A stretch of DNA of 64,000 bases, from assembly GCA_963798485.1 (NCBI GenBank), contig CAWCTR010000018.1, positions 1 through 64,000 of the forward strand. Reading direction: 5' to 3'. The notes under the pieces were generated by a model. The model searched no databases. It was given only the letters and a program-made list of their open reading frames with translations, and was not told the DNA's origin. The stretch comes from an uncultured delta proteobacterium (lineage in GTDB: Bacteria > Desulfobacterota > Desulfomonilia > UBA1062). The translations under genes were made by a program, and so were the position numbers. Below, piece by piece: positions 52,117 to 64,000 of the stretch (its first letter is position 1; the number at the start of each line of letters is the position of its first letter).

Positions 52117-54448
52117 CTTCGCTGTACGTGCACTCAGGGTTCGGGCAGATCAGCTTGGTCCCCTTCTTGACGAGGAAACCTGCGCTGCAGCCTGAGCATT
52201 CCTTGATAACGGGCTTGGTCCAGCTGATGAATTTGCATTCCTTTTCGGAACAGGAATAGAACGACTTTCCCTTCTTTGAGCGCTGTTGGACGATCTCGCC
52301 CTTGCATCCAGGCATGGCGCACTTGATGCCCAGCGGGTAGGGCATGATGTTCTTGCACTTGGGATAGGCGCTGCACGCCAGGAACGACCCGTAACGGCCG
52401 TGGCGTATAACCATCTGCGCCCCGCACTTGTCGCATATCCGATCCGTCGGTTCAGGCGCCCTGGTGATACGCTTGGTGTTCTTGCATTCCGGATAGTTGC
52501 TGCAGGCCATGAAGGGGCCGAACCTGCCTCGCTTCATTACCATGGGAGAGCCGCATTTCTCGCAGACCTCTCCTGTCTCTTCGGCCTTTATTGCCTCTGC
52601 TGCGCGGATTTTTCCCGATTCGTCGCGGGTGAACTCCTTGGTGTTCGTACAGTCCGGGTAGCCTGCGCAACCGAGGAAATAACCGTTTTTGCCGAGCTTG
52701 ATAAGCATCTCCTTGCCGCAGACCTCGCACATCAAGCCCGACGGACGCTGCTGGGCCTTGAGGTTTTCCATGTTCACCAGCGCGCTTTCATGCTCGGTAT
52801 TGTAGGTCTGGTAGAAATCTCTCATTACCTTCGTATAAGCCTCCTGGCCTTCCTCGATGAGGTCAAGCGAGTCTTCCATCTTTGCGGTAAAGCCGATATC
52901 AAGGATATTGGGATAGTGCCTTACCAGCAAGGTGTTCACATCCCTTCCAAGCTCTGTCGGTATGAATGAGCGCGCCTCCATCCTTACATAACCCCTGTCG
53001 ACGATGGTGGAGATGGTGGGGGCATAGGTGCTCGGCCTGCCGATTCCCTTGTCTTCAAGCTCCTTGATAAGGCTCGCCTCGGTGTAGCGTGGGGGAGGCT
53101 GGGTGAAATGCTGTTCCTTATCCACCTTTTGCAGCCTGAGGGTGTCTCCCTCCTTGACGGAATCGGGAAGCCTGCTTTCATCTTCATCGCCGTTGATGTC
53201 ATAGATTTTCAGGAAGCCGTCAAAGGTCATGATCGAGCCGCCGGCCCTCAGGCCCACATCACCGGCAGAGATATCCACACTTGTCTGATCAAAGGTGGCG
53301 CTATTCATCTGGGATGCGATGAAGCGTTTCCAGATGAGGTCATAGAGGGCGAACTGGTCGTCATTCAGGAAGGGCCGTAAGGACTCCGGGGTGTTCGTAA
53401 GGCTCGTGGGCCTGATGGCCTCGTGGGCCTCCTGGGCGCTCTTTTTGGCCTTGTAACGCCTGGGCTTTTCAGGCAGATAAGGTTCTCCGAAGGTCTCAGG
53501 TATGAATCGCCTCACCTCGCCTATAGCCTCTTCCGAGATGACCGGGGAATCGGTGCGCATATAGGTGATGAGGCCTGTGATCTCATCAGCTCCAATGGGC
53601 AGACCCTCATAGAGCTGCTGTGCGAGCATCATGGTCTTTTTGGCTGAATACCTCAAACGAGAGGATGCCGCCTGCTGAAGGGTCGAGGTGATGAATGGCG
53701 GGAGCGGGTTCTTTGTGCGCACCTGCCGTGTGATCTTCTGGATGGTTATAGCAGCGGCGGCATTGATCTTTTCGACGAGTTCAAGCGCTGCCCCGCCGTC
53801 CGGGATCTCCTTAGGTATGACGACCTTGGCGATAAAGGTATCGCCTGCAGGTGTCATAAGGAGCGCCTCTACCGTCCAATACTCCCGTGCGACAAAGGAC
53901 TCTATTTCCTCCTGGCGCATGCATATGAGCCGGAGCGCAACGGACTGTACCCTGCCGCCTGAAAGGCCCCGCTTGACATTTTTCCACAACAACGGGCTCA
54001 TGGTATATCCCACGATCCGGTCCATGGACCGCCTGGCCATCTGGGCATCGTAGAGCTGGTGGTTCAGCCCCTTCGGGCTTTTCAGTGCCTCATCGATGGC
54101 CTTTTTGGTAATTTCATGGAAAATGATGCGATAAACAGCCGAATCGGGCTTCTTGATCTCTTCTGCAACATGCCATGCTATGGCCTCGCCCTCACGGTCA
54201 GGGTCGGATGCGAGATAGACCGTGTCGGCCTTATCCGCAAGGCTTTTTATCTTCTTCACTACATCACGCTTGGTGGGTATCACCTTGTATCCCGGCAGAA
54301 AGCCATTCTCAATGTCTATGCTGATCTTGCTCTTGGGCAGGTCCTTGATGTGGCCCATGGTGGCCTCCACCTCGAAGCCTTTTCCAAGATATCGCTTGAT
54401 GGTCCTTGCCTTGGCAGGTGACTCTACGATTACCAGAGATTTAGCCAT
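52103..54448 (-). CDS. topA: DNA topoisomerase I with C-terminal zinc ribbons
   Basis: IVESPAKA, DPDREGEAI, ITYMRTDS, GIGRPSTYA. Confidence 0.97.
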   Translation of the reverse strand: MAKSLVIVESPAKARTIKRYLGKGFEVEATMGHIKDLPKSKISIDIENGFLPGYKVIPTKRDVVKKIKSLADKADTVYLASDPDREGEAIAWHVAEEIKKPDSAVYRIIFHEITKKAIDEALKSPKGLNHQLYDAQMARRSMDRIVGYTMSPLLWKNVKRGLSGGRVQSVALRLICMRQEEIESFVAREYWTVEALLMTPAGDTFIAKVVIPKEIPDGGAALELVEKINAAAAITIQKITRQVRTKNPLPPFITSTLQQAASSRLRYSAKKTMMLAQQLYEGLPIGADEITGLITYMRTDSPVISEEAIGEVRRFIPETFGEPYLPEKPRRYKAKKSAQEAHEAIRPTSLTNTPESLRPFLNDDQFALYDLIWKRFIASQMNSATFDQTSVDISAGDVGLRAGGSIMTFDGFLKIYDINGDEDESRLPDSVKEGDTLRLQKVDKEQHFTQPPPRYTEASLIKELEDKGIGRPSTYAPTISTIVDRGYVRMEARSFIPTELGRDVNTLLVRHYPNILDIGFTAKMEDSLDLIEEGQEAYTKVMRDFYQTYNTEHESALVNMENLKAQQRPSGLMCEVCGKEMLIKLGKNGYFLGCAGYPDCTNTKEFTRDESGKIRAAEAIKAEETGEVCEKCGSPMVMKRGRFGPFMACSNYPECKNTKRITRAPEPTDRICDKCGAQMVIRHGRYGSFLACSAYPKCKNIMPYPLGIKCAMPGCKGEIVQQRSKKGKSFYSCSEKECKFISWTKPVIKECSGCSAGFLVKKGTKLICPNPECTYSEDALS

Positions 54449-55532
54449 TCATGCTCCTTAGTGCGTATCTATTTCCTTCAATCCGTTCGACGGCCCCGGT
54501 GAGTTCGAGCATACTGACCCTTCGACTTGCTTCCATAACGTCTATATTGAGTTGAATAGCGATGTCATCGATACTCAACGGCGATGCGGCCACCAGGGTA
54601 AGAATATCATCGGTTCCTGTCAAGGACGGCTTAAATTTCTTGAGTAGGCCCTTTATCTGGGGTGCAATCTCAGAGAGCACGTCATCCGCATCCTGGATAA
54701 GGACCGCGCCCTGGCGGATAAGTTGGTGCGTGCCCTGTGAGCGGACATTCGTAACATTGCCGGGGACAGCCATGATGAGTTTGCCCTGTTCGAGGGCATA
54801 GCGTGCCGTGATCATGGCGCCGGATCTCAAGGTCGCCTCCACAATAATTACACCCTGGCACAGCCCTGAAATGATCCGGTTCCGCCTGGGGAAATTTTTG
54901 GCATCAGGGCTGGTTCCCGGAGGGAGTTCCGTAATGACGGCGCCCTTGGCGGCAATGCGCTCGAAGAGCGTTGCGTGCTCAGGGGGATAGATAACATCAA
55001 TACCGGAACCCAGCACGGCTATTGTCCCGGCAACACCATCCAGCGCGCCAAGGTGCGCCTGAGCATCTATGCCACGGGCAAGGCCCGATATGACGGATAT
55101 GCCCTGGACACTCAAGCTCTGCGCAAGCCTGAAGGCCATATCCTTTCCATAATGGGAAGGAGACCGTGTGCCCACAATGGCTACGGCGGGCTCCATATCA
55201 TCAAGGCCGCCCTTGACATAGAGCACACTCGGCGGGTCATCGATTTCTTTTAATATTTGAGGATAGGCAGGGTCATCCACGCAAACGGCATAGGCCTTGA
55301 TGGAATCGAGTTTGCACAACACCTCTTTCACCCGCTTGTCATTTGGGCCGCTTGCAAAGGAATCGAGCTGTGCCTTATTCAGGATGCCGAGGTCTTTGAG
55401 TTCGGAGATCGGCTTGGCAAGGATGGTTTCAGGGGTTCCATAGATCTGAAGGAGCCTCTGCACTGTTCTTGGGCCAATGGCCGGCAAGAGGTCTAATGCG
55501 ATCCATGCCTCAATCATGCTCATACGGGACAA
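54441..55532 (-). CDS. dprA: DNA-processing protein DprA
   Basis: AIVGTR, SGLARGID, FPRRNRIISGL, VEA..RSGA. Confidence 0.96.
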   Translation of the reverse strand: MSRMSMIEAWIALDLLPAIGPRTVQRLLQIYGTPETILAKPISELKDLGILNKAQLDSFASGPNDKRVKEVLCKLDSIKAYAVCVDDPAYPQILKEIDDPPSVLYVKGGLDDMEPAVAIVGTRSPSHYGKDMAFRLAQSLSVQGISVISGLARGIDAQAHLGALDGVAGTIAVLGSGIDVIYPPEHATLFERIAAKGAVITELPPGTSPDAKNFPRRNRIISGLCQGVIIVEATLRSGAMITARYALEQGKLIMAVPGNVTNVRSQGTHQLIRQGAVLIQDADDVLSEIAPQIKGLLKKFKPSLTGTDDILTLVAASPLSIDDIAIQLNIDVMEASRRVSMLELTGAVERIEGNRYALRSMNG

Positions 55533-55639
55533 TCCTTCTCCAGGATTTGGGAGGCTATAAGAACTCGACTGTTCATGTCAAGGATCATTATAAATAAATG
55601 GATATAAGGGTTAATAAATGAGATGCTGCCGAAAAATCC

Positions 55640-55672
55640 CAATTGTTTGCCTAATGAAAGGGAAAACAATTG
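55640..55672. promoter_or_regulatory. Inverted repeat, candidate enhancer-binding-protein site
   Basis: CAATTGTTT-N15-AAACAATTG, ~70 bp upstream of a sigma54 site. Confidence 0.5.
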
Positions 55673-55738
55673 CCACTTTTCAGTAATGAGATCCCCATGA
55701 TTAACTCATAACATGATAATAGTATGATTAATATTGTG

Positions 55739-55754
55739 GGGCATAGTTTTTGCT
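55739..55754 (+). promoter_or_regulatory. Sigma54 (-24/-12) promoter
   Basis: GGGCATAGTTTTTGCT: GG(55740-41)-N10-GC(55752-53). Confidence 0.65.
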
Positions 55755-55855
55755 GTATTAATTGATAATGATCAATTTTGATAGTCCACTTTATCCAATG
55801 AGATTATCAGGGGAAGGCTCTTGAACGGCCACATCCACGTAAGAGGAAGATAGTT

Positions 55856-56017
55856 ATGAAGAGAGTGTTGATTATTCTGGCTGCCGCGGCATCTCTGTGG
55901 ATACCTGAATACCTGTGGGCAATGGATGGGGTCTCTGATCCCGGTCTTTTATCCTGCCCCCATCAAGTCAGTGTAAACATGAATATCGATTGTTCAGTGG
56001 GCGGTCCTTGTTATTAG
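55856..56017 (+). CDS. Small secreted peptide, 53 aa (MKRVLIILAAAASLWIPEYLWAMDGVSDPGLLSCPHQVSVNMNIDCSVGGPCY)
   Basis: AGAGGA SD; signal-peptide-like N-terminus; downstream of a sigma54 site; below the ORF-track cutoff. Confidence 0.6.
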   Translation: MKRVLIILAAAASLWIPEYLWAMDGVSDPGLLSCPHQVSVNMNIDCSVGGPCY

Positions 56018-56297
56018 TTTTCACGAAATCACGAAATCAGCGGATTTATCAAATGCCCAAAAAGATAAAGTACGTGCCACTATCGCTACTCCAAGCATAG
56101 GGCCTGAAAAGTACAGATATCTTTAGCAGTTCTTCGGTTTTTGGATATAATCAAATTCGACAAGTTATCGAAGAAACATTCACTATATGCAAAGCGGTGA
56201 TTTTGGCATGATATCTTCACTTTTCCATGCCCCTTTTCTGATGATTATGAAAAGGAATGCTCTGAAAAACCTCTTGGCCTTGGCATATTATCATCAG

Positions 56298-57128
56298 TCA
56301 GAGACAACCAGATATTAATTGCATTTGACCATGAGATCGTTTCCACCCTATTGTAGCATATAGCCATAGGTCTACGACTAGAACAGCTTGTTCTCCCCGT
56401 GCTTCTGAGTCTGCTATATCTTTCCAAATCCTCTGAAGTCCTCTATCGAAATCGGCTTGAGGCAGAATTCCCAACTGCGAAACTATTGTCTTGTCTAAAA
56501 GACCATCTTCTATTGCCTTACGTGCAGGGAAACGCATCGCCAAGTGTTGTGCTTCGACTGTATGGCATTCGGAAAAGCCTGCCTCTTGCATAAGCTCCTC
56601 AAGTGCTGAGGTAGATAGATAGCGTCTCAGGTCATGATCGAGCACACTCTCGAAGTAGTCATAAACGAACCATTGATCACGGGCCTTGTGCGGATCCAGA
56701 CCAATAATTAGCAAGCCCCCATCGGGATTTAGAACACGAAAGGCCTCTGATACAAATTGGGATTTCTCTTCAAAATGGTGCACTGCGTTGATACAAAACA
56801 ATTTATCGAACGTATCTTTCTCCCAAGGTATTTTGTCGGCATACCCCTGTTTCAGATCCCTGCTCGTTACATGAGTCCTGGCTTGCTGAAGCATCTGTGG
56901 TGAAGGGTCCATACCGGATACCTGAAAACCGTGGCTTTCCAGAATCGCGAGCCAATGCCCGGTGCCGCAGCCTACCTCAAGAACTCTATTGGTGGAGTTG
57001 TTTCTGGTAAAAGTCAGAAGCACATGTTCTATATCATGGAAAGAGATCCCGTCATAGCGGCGGTCGTACTTGTCAGCTGCATTGCGATAGTCCATGGATC
57101 GCGTCATGACTTGCTCTGTAAGCACCAT
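56298..57128 (-). CDS. Class I SAM-dependent methyltransferase
   Basis: VLEVGCGTG, GMDPS..ML, FD...C..AVHH, VLNPDG. Confidence 0.88.
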   Translation of the reverse strand: MVLTEQVMTRSMDYRNAADKYDRRYDGISFHDIEHVLLTFTRNNSTNRVLEVGCGTGHWLAILESHGFQVSGMDPSPQMLQQARTHVTSRDLKQGYADKIPWEKDTFDKLFCINAVHHFEEKSQFVSEAFRVLNPDGGLLIIGLDPHKARDQWFVYDYFESVLDHDLRRYLSTSALEELMQEAGFSECHTVEAQHLAMRFPARKAIEDGLLDKTIVSQLGILPQADFDRGLQRIWKDIADSEARGEQAVLVVDLWLYATIGWKRSHGQMQLISGCL

Positions 57129-57165
57129 CCTTCAAATATAAATTATCATAATGTGTTACTGACAG

Positions 57166-57837
57166 TTATACTACTCTCACATTAGGTTTGACAGCACTAT
57201 AGAGACTCATTGTTCCAAAAACCGTTAAGAAATTTTTACAGACTGCAACGTAATCAAATCCGCATTTTCGGAACATCTCGGGCAGGAGGCCTTTTACGTT
57301 GTCTGATGTTGTATTGAAGCCATCGAGGATCTGAATGAGATAAAACAAGGAGCGCATCAGTAAATTGGTGGGCTTACCCCAGTCCGCGACATGTACTTGC
57401 CCACCGGGTTTCAATATTCGATGAATCTCCTGTATGGTGGTGATTTTCTGGGTTTTACTTAAATGGTGAAAAAACAGGCTTGATACCACCCTATCAAAAC
57501 TGTTTTCCGGGAATGGCAGCTGCGTTGAGAAGCAGCAATAGTACCGGACATCCGCATCATTCTTTCTGGCTTTCCCCCTGGCAATGGCTAAAACCTGAAG
57601 GTCGCCGTCTATGCAGAATATTTCTGCTTTGGTTGTGGTCTTTTTCATCTGAACGGCAAAGGTTCCAGTGCCACATCCGACATCCAGGACAAAGTTTCCG
57701 TGCTGTATGTCAGTCTGGCTTAAGAGTTGCAATTTGACGCTCTTCTCTCTGCAGGTGAGGGAGACGATAGGGTCATATATCGGAGTAAGAAAACGATATC
57801 CAAGAGCTGGAATGTATCTTTCTCTTGAAGTTTCCAT
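57166..57837 (-). CDS. Class I SAM-dependent methyltransferase
   Basis: VLDVGCGTG, LPFPENSFDRVVSSLFFHHL, ILKPGG; start at METSRERY. Confidence 0.9.
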   Translation of the reverse strand: METSRERYIPALGYRFLTPIYDPIVSLTCREKSVKLQLLSQTDIQHGNFVLDVGCGTGTFAVQMKKTTTKAEIFCIDGDLQVLAIARGKARKNDADVRYYCCFSTQLPFPENSFDRVVSSLFFHHLSKTQKITTIQEIHRILKPGGQVHVADWGKPTNLLMRSLFYLIQILDGFNTTSDNVKGLLPEMFRKCGFDYVAVCKNFLTVFGTMSLYSAVKPNVRVV

Positions 57838-57953
57838 TTCGACTTCCTCCTCTCTGGTATCTTCATAATTCATTCTCATCCAACTATAGTTATGAATATC
57901 AATATAACCACAGATTGTCATTGAGCAGCCTGATCTGAACAGAAGATCTCATG

Positions 57954-58289
57954 CTACATTTTCTTCTTCTTGATGATTTTCCTCATCTGGGTTGAATGGG
58001 CCAGGACATCACCTGCTGTCATAGCTGCTCCAACATGTATTGCCTCCATCATTTCATCACTGGATACACCAAGAGAGAGACATTTGTTGGTGTAGGCATC
58101 TATGCAATAGGGACAATGACGCACGGTTGCGATGGTTGGGGCGATTAATGCCTTCTCCCGTTCAGTAAGTACACTGGAGCCTGTAGCCTGGGTATAGTAC
58201 TCAAAGAATTTTACACTCTGTTCGGATGCATACTCAGTAATGTTCGGGAAGTCAGCCAGATCCTTGGGTTCATAGTAATTGTTGGACAT
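57954..58289 (-). CDS. AhpD/CMD-family protein (resembles the arsenosugar-associated peroxidase-like family)
   Basis: YY...DL..F, KFFEYY, LTEREKALIA, CPYCIDAY, MMEAIHV. Confidence 0.8.
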   Translation of the reverse strand: MSNNYYEPKDLADFPNITEYASEQSVKFFEYYTQATGSSVLTEREKALIAPTIATVRHCPYCIDAYTNKCLSLGVSSDEMMEAIHVGAAMTAGDVLAHSTQMRKIIKKKKM

Positions 58290-58476
58290 TCACTTGTCCT
58301 TTTTAAATGGTATATGTTTCATAAGAAATCCTGTACGAGAAGCTATTAAGCGTTTTCCTCTTCACTTTGTATGTACTATATTCAGTGATATAAGAACATC
58401 AAAAGCAAAAAGTTATAAGCTAATCTTTTTCGGGAGCCTTAATACTCATCTCAAAGGAGAAGGAGGATAACCGGAT

Positions 58477-59043
58477 ATGGACTTTAGAGAACTCCTTAAA
58501 GTACGGAGGTCGATAAGGGAATTCGACGAGAAGGAAGTTCCATTGCCTTTGATCCATGAGATCATAGCCGATGGGTGTGAAGCCCCAAACGGAGGCAACA
58601 GGCAACCCTGGGCTTTCAGTATTATTACGAATAAGGATATGATGAAGAGGCTGTCTGATGAGAGCAAGATCAACATCCTCCTTGAAATAGATCGTAACCC
58701 AACTTCCAGTATAGCCACATACAAGATGGTTCTTCAGGATAAAGAGTTTAATGTCTTCTACAATGCACCCTGCCTCATCTACATTGCAGGGTTACGGAAT
58801 GTTCATTCAGCAACTGTGGATTGTGCACTTGCTGCAAGCTACTTAATGCTTTCAGCTGCAGATCGTGGATTGGGAACCTGCTGGGTTAATCTCGGTTCGG
58901 TTATTAAGGATCAGGATTTACTCAAGGAGATAGGACTTCCTAAGGATTATGTAATAGTTGCTCCCATAATCCTTGGCTATCCGGTAAAGATCCCAGCAAA
59001 AACACCAAGGGATAAGCCGAAGATCCTAAAGATCATAAAATGA
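58477..59043 (+). CDS. Nitroreductase family protein
   Basis: RRSIR, APNGGNRQPW, GLGTCW, LGYP. Confidence 0.92.
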   Translation: MDFRELLKVRRSIREFDEKEVPLPLIHEIIADGCEAPNGGNRQPWAFSIITNKDMMKRLSDESKINILLEIDRNPTSSIATYKMVLQDKEFNVFYNAPCLIYIAGLRNVHSATVDCALAASYLMLSAADRGLGTCWVNLGSVIKDQDLLKEIGLPKDYVIVAPIILGYPVKIPAKTPRDKPKILKIIK

Positions 59044-59183
59044 TTGTCGAAAAAAGAAATCAATCCTCGTACACGCATCAGCAGTCAATCTATCTACAAA
59101 GTACTTTATTGAATAACCCCAGCATTTCTAATTCCTGAGATTCAAAGTCTCAATATAGAATTCTTACACTGTTTGATCAACTT

Positions 59184-59678
59184 GTGTGGCTCCCTCAGGT
59201 TCAATTTTCAGACCTGTGGCTCGCCAAGGATTCTCCCGAGACGTATAAGAAACAGATGGATGATGAAAATCTTGATGATCAGACCCGTAGTGTTCTGGAA
59301 TCGGCATATAAATACATTGGCACTCCCTACCGTTGGGGAGGGACAACACCGGATGGATTTGATTGCTCAGGTTTCGTCAGGTATGTTTTCAATGAGAATG
59401 GCATTCCATTGGGAAGGTCATCACATGTACAGGTTCAAGAGGGAAAACCTGTTAGATTATCTGACCTGAAACCGGGTGATCTCATATTCTTTAAAATGCG
59501 ACATAGACGCAGGGATCGTTCTCATGTGAATCATGTTGGACTGTATGTAGGCAATAACAAATTCATTCATGCCGCATCTAACTCACGTAACCATGAGATT
59601 ACTGTTGAAGATCTTGAGTCCAACCATTATTTACCCAGGATAGTGGCAGCACGAAGGGTTCTTGAGAATGTAAATTAA
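59184..59678 (+). CDS. NlpC/P60 (C40) peptidase; start uncertain, no signal peptide
   Basis: GTPYRWGG..GFDCSGFV, GDLIFF, HVGLY, FIHA. Confidence 0.88.
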   Translation: MWLPQVQFSDLWLAKDSPETYKKQMDDENLDDQTRSVLESAYKYIGTPYRWGGTTPDGFDCSGFVRYVFNENGIPLGRSSHVQVQEGKPVRLSDLKPGDLIFFKMRHRRRDRSHVNHVGLYVGNNKFIHAASNSRNHEITVEDLESNHYLPRIVAARRVLENVN

Positions 59679-59772
59679 TTAAGGTAGCCTGGCCGTCTTG
59701 ATCTTTGAACATCGATAGAGGCTTCCTAAAATAACATTCCAAGTAATTATTCATTTCCCCCTAAACACCCTC

Positions 59773-59815
59773 TTGACTTTCAGAGATTTGCAGTTATTCA
59801 ATAATCATTCTTATT
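59773..59815 (+). promoter_or_regulatory. Promoter with PerR/Fur-like operator
   Basis: TTGACT at 59773; AT-rich palindrome AATAA-TCATTC-TTATT at 59800-59815, upstream of perR-katG. Confidence 0.55.
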
Positions 59816-59844
59816 AAAGAACCTATCTTAATAACGGGTGCGCC

Positions 59845-60309
59845 ATGTCGAAACACCACAGAAAACTAGACACATCAACGAATAGGCTTGATGATATGCT
59901 TTCAAAACTCAGGGATTGTGATTCCCGCATCACGCCCCAGAGAATAGCCATATTGACCATCCTGGCAGGCAGCGAGGAGCATCCTAGCGTGGAAGAAATC
60001 TACAAGCAGGTGAAAAAACAATTCCCTACAACAAGCCTGGCTACAGTGTATAAAACCGTATCTCTACTCAAGGAACTCAATGAAGTTCTTGAACTCGGGT
60101 TTCCTGATGGGAGTAACCGCTACGATGGCAGCAAACCCTTCCCACATCCCCATGTGATCTGTACGAGATGTAAAAAGATCATGGACCCCGAGCTTGTCCA
60201 CCTTGGAGAAATCAGCAAGGAGATGAGCATGAAGACAGGATATAAGATCTTCTCCCACCGACTCGACTTTTTCGGCCTCTGCCCACAATGCCAGAAGAAG
60301 GAATTATAA
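59845..60309 (+). CDS. perR: Fur-family peroxide-responsive repressor
   Basis: RITPQR, HPS, SLATVYKT, H.HVICTRC, CPQC; adjacent to katG. Confidence 0.85.
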   Translation: MSKHHRKLDTSTNRLDDMLSKLRDCDSRITPQRIAILTILAGSEEHPSVEEIYKQVKKQFPTTSLATVYKTVSLLKELNEVLELGFPDGSNRYDGSKPFPHPHVICTRCKKIMDPELVHLGEISKEMSMKTGYKIFSHRLDFFGLCPQCQKKEL

Positions 60310-60389
60310 ATAAGGAGGTTTCGGGAAGGACAGAAAAAAGGGAACAGGCCGACAACGGCTTGGCTACGAAACACTAGTATTCATAGTAG

Positions 60390-62591
<2,202 letters not shown>

Positions 62592-62640
62592 TCGTAGCAT
62601 AAACGACTTTGAGGGCTTCTGACAGGATGGCGGAAAAATG

Positions 62641-62700
62641 GTCAAATAATACCGGTGCCAGCGGACGGCATATCGCCGCCGCTGAACCGGATCTATTGGC
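62641..62700 (+). other. Degenerate attC-like hairpin
   Basis: GTCAAAT..CCGGTGCCAGCGGACGGC..GCCGCCGCTGAACCGG..ATTGGC imperfect palindrome with extrahelical bases. Confidence 0.4.
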
Positions 62701-63147
62701 ATAGTAGTGATTGTTTTCTCTATCCTCTAAATTAATAAGTGTGAGGATATCAGAAGTCCACTTGAAGTGAATATATCATTGGAAGTCGAAACATCCGAAC
62801 GTAATGATTATGCAATAAACTATACGATTATCTTGTTGATTTTAAATTATAGGTAATGTGCCATTATATTGGGTCAGGGCCTACTGAATATATCTTTTGG
62901 TAATCATCACACCCGGTCGATCAAGTACGAATCCATATAACTATAAGATATTGAAGCATCAGTAAAACTGTTGATTCATGTGTTAAATCATCGGTTGTGA
63001 GTATACCTAAAAAATGATGACCTCAAACCTTCAGTCTAGGCAAAGGGTGGGTTGCGGCATGATAGTTACGCTTTTCCTTATCAACAAGGAAAGCTTTAGA
63101 CTGCATCACGCTCTTTCAACTGAAAAGTATGCTTGGCCGGATGATTC

Positions 63148-64000
63148 TCAATTCGTAGAGCTTGACGGCTGCTTCCACGCCTTTGCCATTTCTTGCGCCT
63201 GCGCAATTTGGGCCGGTGTCATCTGGTGCGCCATGGTATCGAGATTGGTGTTTGCAGTCTCTATACCTTGCTCCGCTGCGAGTTTGAAACATAAATAGGC
63301 CTGCATATAATCCTTTGGTACCCCGGTGCCGTTGCTGTACAGGAGCCCTAAATTGTACAATGCCTTGTCGTAACCTTGCTCTGCAGCCTTCTGGAACCAC
63401 TTGGCCGCCTCTTCATAGCTTTGTTGGACGCCCTTGCCGCCCGCGTACAGGAGTCCGAGATTGAACTGAATGACTGCATCACCCTGTTCGGCTGCCATGA
63501 GGTACCACTTGGCCGCCTCAGCATAGTCCTGGGGCACCCCCAGGCCATGGTCAAAGAAATAACCGACATAACCCTGCGAAAGGTTATTCCCCTGCTCTGC
63601 AGCCATGCGGAAGTAGTAGGCGGCATCGGAAAAATTCTGATGCACGCCCTCGCCGTTGAGATAAATAAACCCAAGGCTGCTCTGGGAATGGGTGTTTCCC
63701 TGTACGGCAGCCAAGGAGTACCACTTGATGGCCTCTGCATAGTTCTTTGCTACACCCGCTCCGTTGCTGTAGATGTCTCCGAGAGTACTCTGTGACTCAA
63801 CATTGCCTTGATCGGCAGCCTTGCGGTACCACCGCACGGCCTCTTTCAGATCCTGGGCTAAATCCTTGCCGTGATAATAGATATTCCCCAAGCCTCTTTG
63901 GGCCTCGACGTCACCTTGGATTGCTGCCTTGCGGTACCACTTTTCAGCCTGTACATAATCCTGCTTAACGCCCATGCCCCGGTAATAGATGAACCCGAGG
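63148..64000 (-). CDS. Sel1-repeat protein (5' end outside the window)
   Basis: Multiple AQ..LG..Y..G.GV.QDY..A.KWY..AA.QG repeats; the frame is open to the window edge. Confidence 0.9.
   Translation of the reverse strand, partial: LGFIYYRGMGVKQDYVQAEKWYRKAAIQGDVEAQRGLGNIYYHGKDLAQDLKEAVRWYRKAADQGNVESQSTLGDIYSNGAGVAKNYAEAIKWYSLAAVQGNTHSQSSLGFIYLNGEGVHQNFSDAAYYFRMAAEQGNNLSQGYVGYFFDHGLGVPQDYAEAAKWYLMAAEQGDAVIQFNLGLLYAGGKGVQQSYEEAAKWFQKAAEQGYDKALYNLGLLYSNGTGVPKDYMQAYLCFKLAAEQGIETANTNLDTMAHQMTPAQIAQAQEMAKAWKQPSSSTN

Noticed and set aside
56203-56232. TGGCATGATATCTTC sigma54-like word
   Set aside because: No -12 GC at the right spacing; more likely a small hairpin (GGCATG/CATGCC)
63014-63400. Short ORFs overlapping the end of the Sel1 gene
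   Set aside because: Antisense or alternate-frame overlaps with no SD or motif support

Overview
Bacterial chromosomal window; gene order and content (ilvBNC-psd-pssA-leuCD, FmdB, PilZ, sigma54 sites, trmFO-topA-dprA) suggest an anaerobic deltaproteobacterium (inference). The first ~9 kb is accessory. It holds a group II twintron: a class E-like intron (3107-5047) inserted in domain VI of a class D/RmInt1-like intron (1258-5079), with EBS/IBS pairings visible for both. An IS4-like element with 15-bp IRs and an 8-bp target duplication follows. The branched-chain amino acid operon has a frameshifted ilvC, a 16-codon relic of a deleted leuA, and no leuB. Downstream are a candidate sigma54-driven two-gene unit (class I HMG-CoA reductase with an extra N-terminal domain, plus a stand-alone DUF2156 tRNA-dependent aminoacyltransferase) and a degenerate Usg-like Asd. 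Housekeeping genes include rnhA, dinB, glgX, purA, two serA, pepD, csp, trmFO, topA, dprA and perR-katG. A metal-uptake operon is headed by a His/CxxC-containing leader ORF ending in RAPP. A small secreted-peptide ORF absent from the ORF track sits behind a sigma54 promoter. No tRNA, rRNA or CRISPR array was seen. All family assignments come from motif recognition by eye, not database searches.
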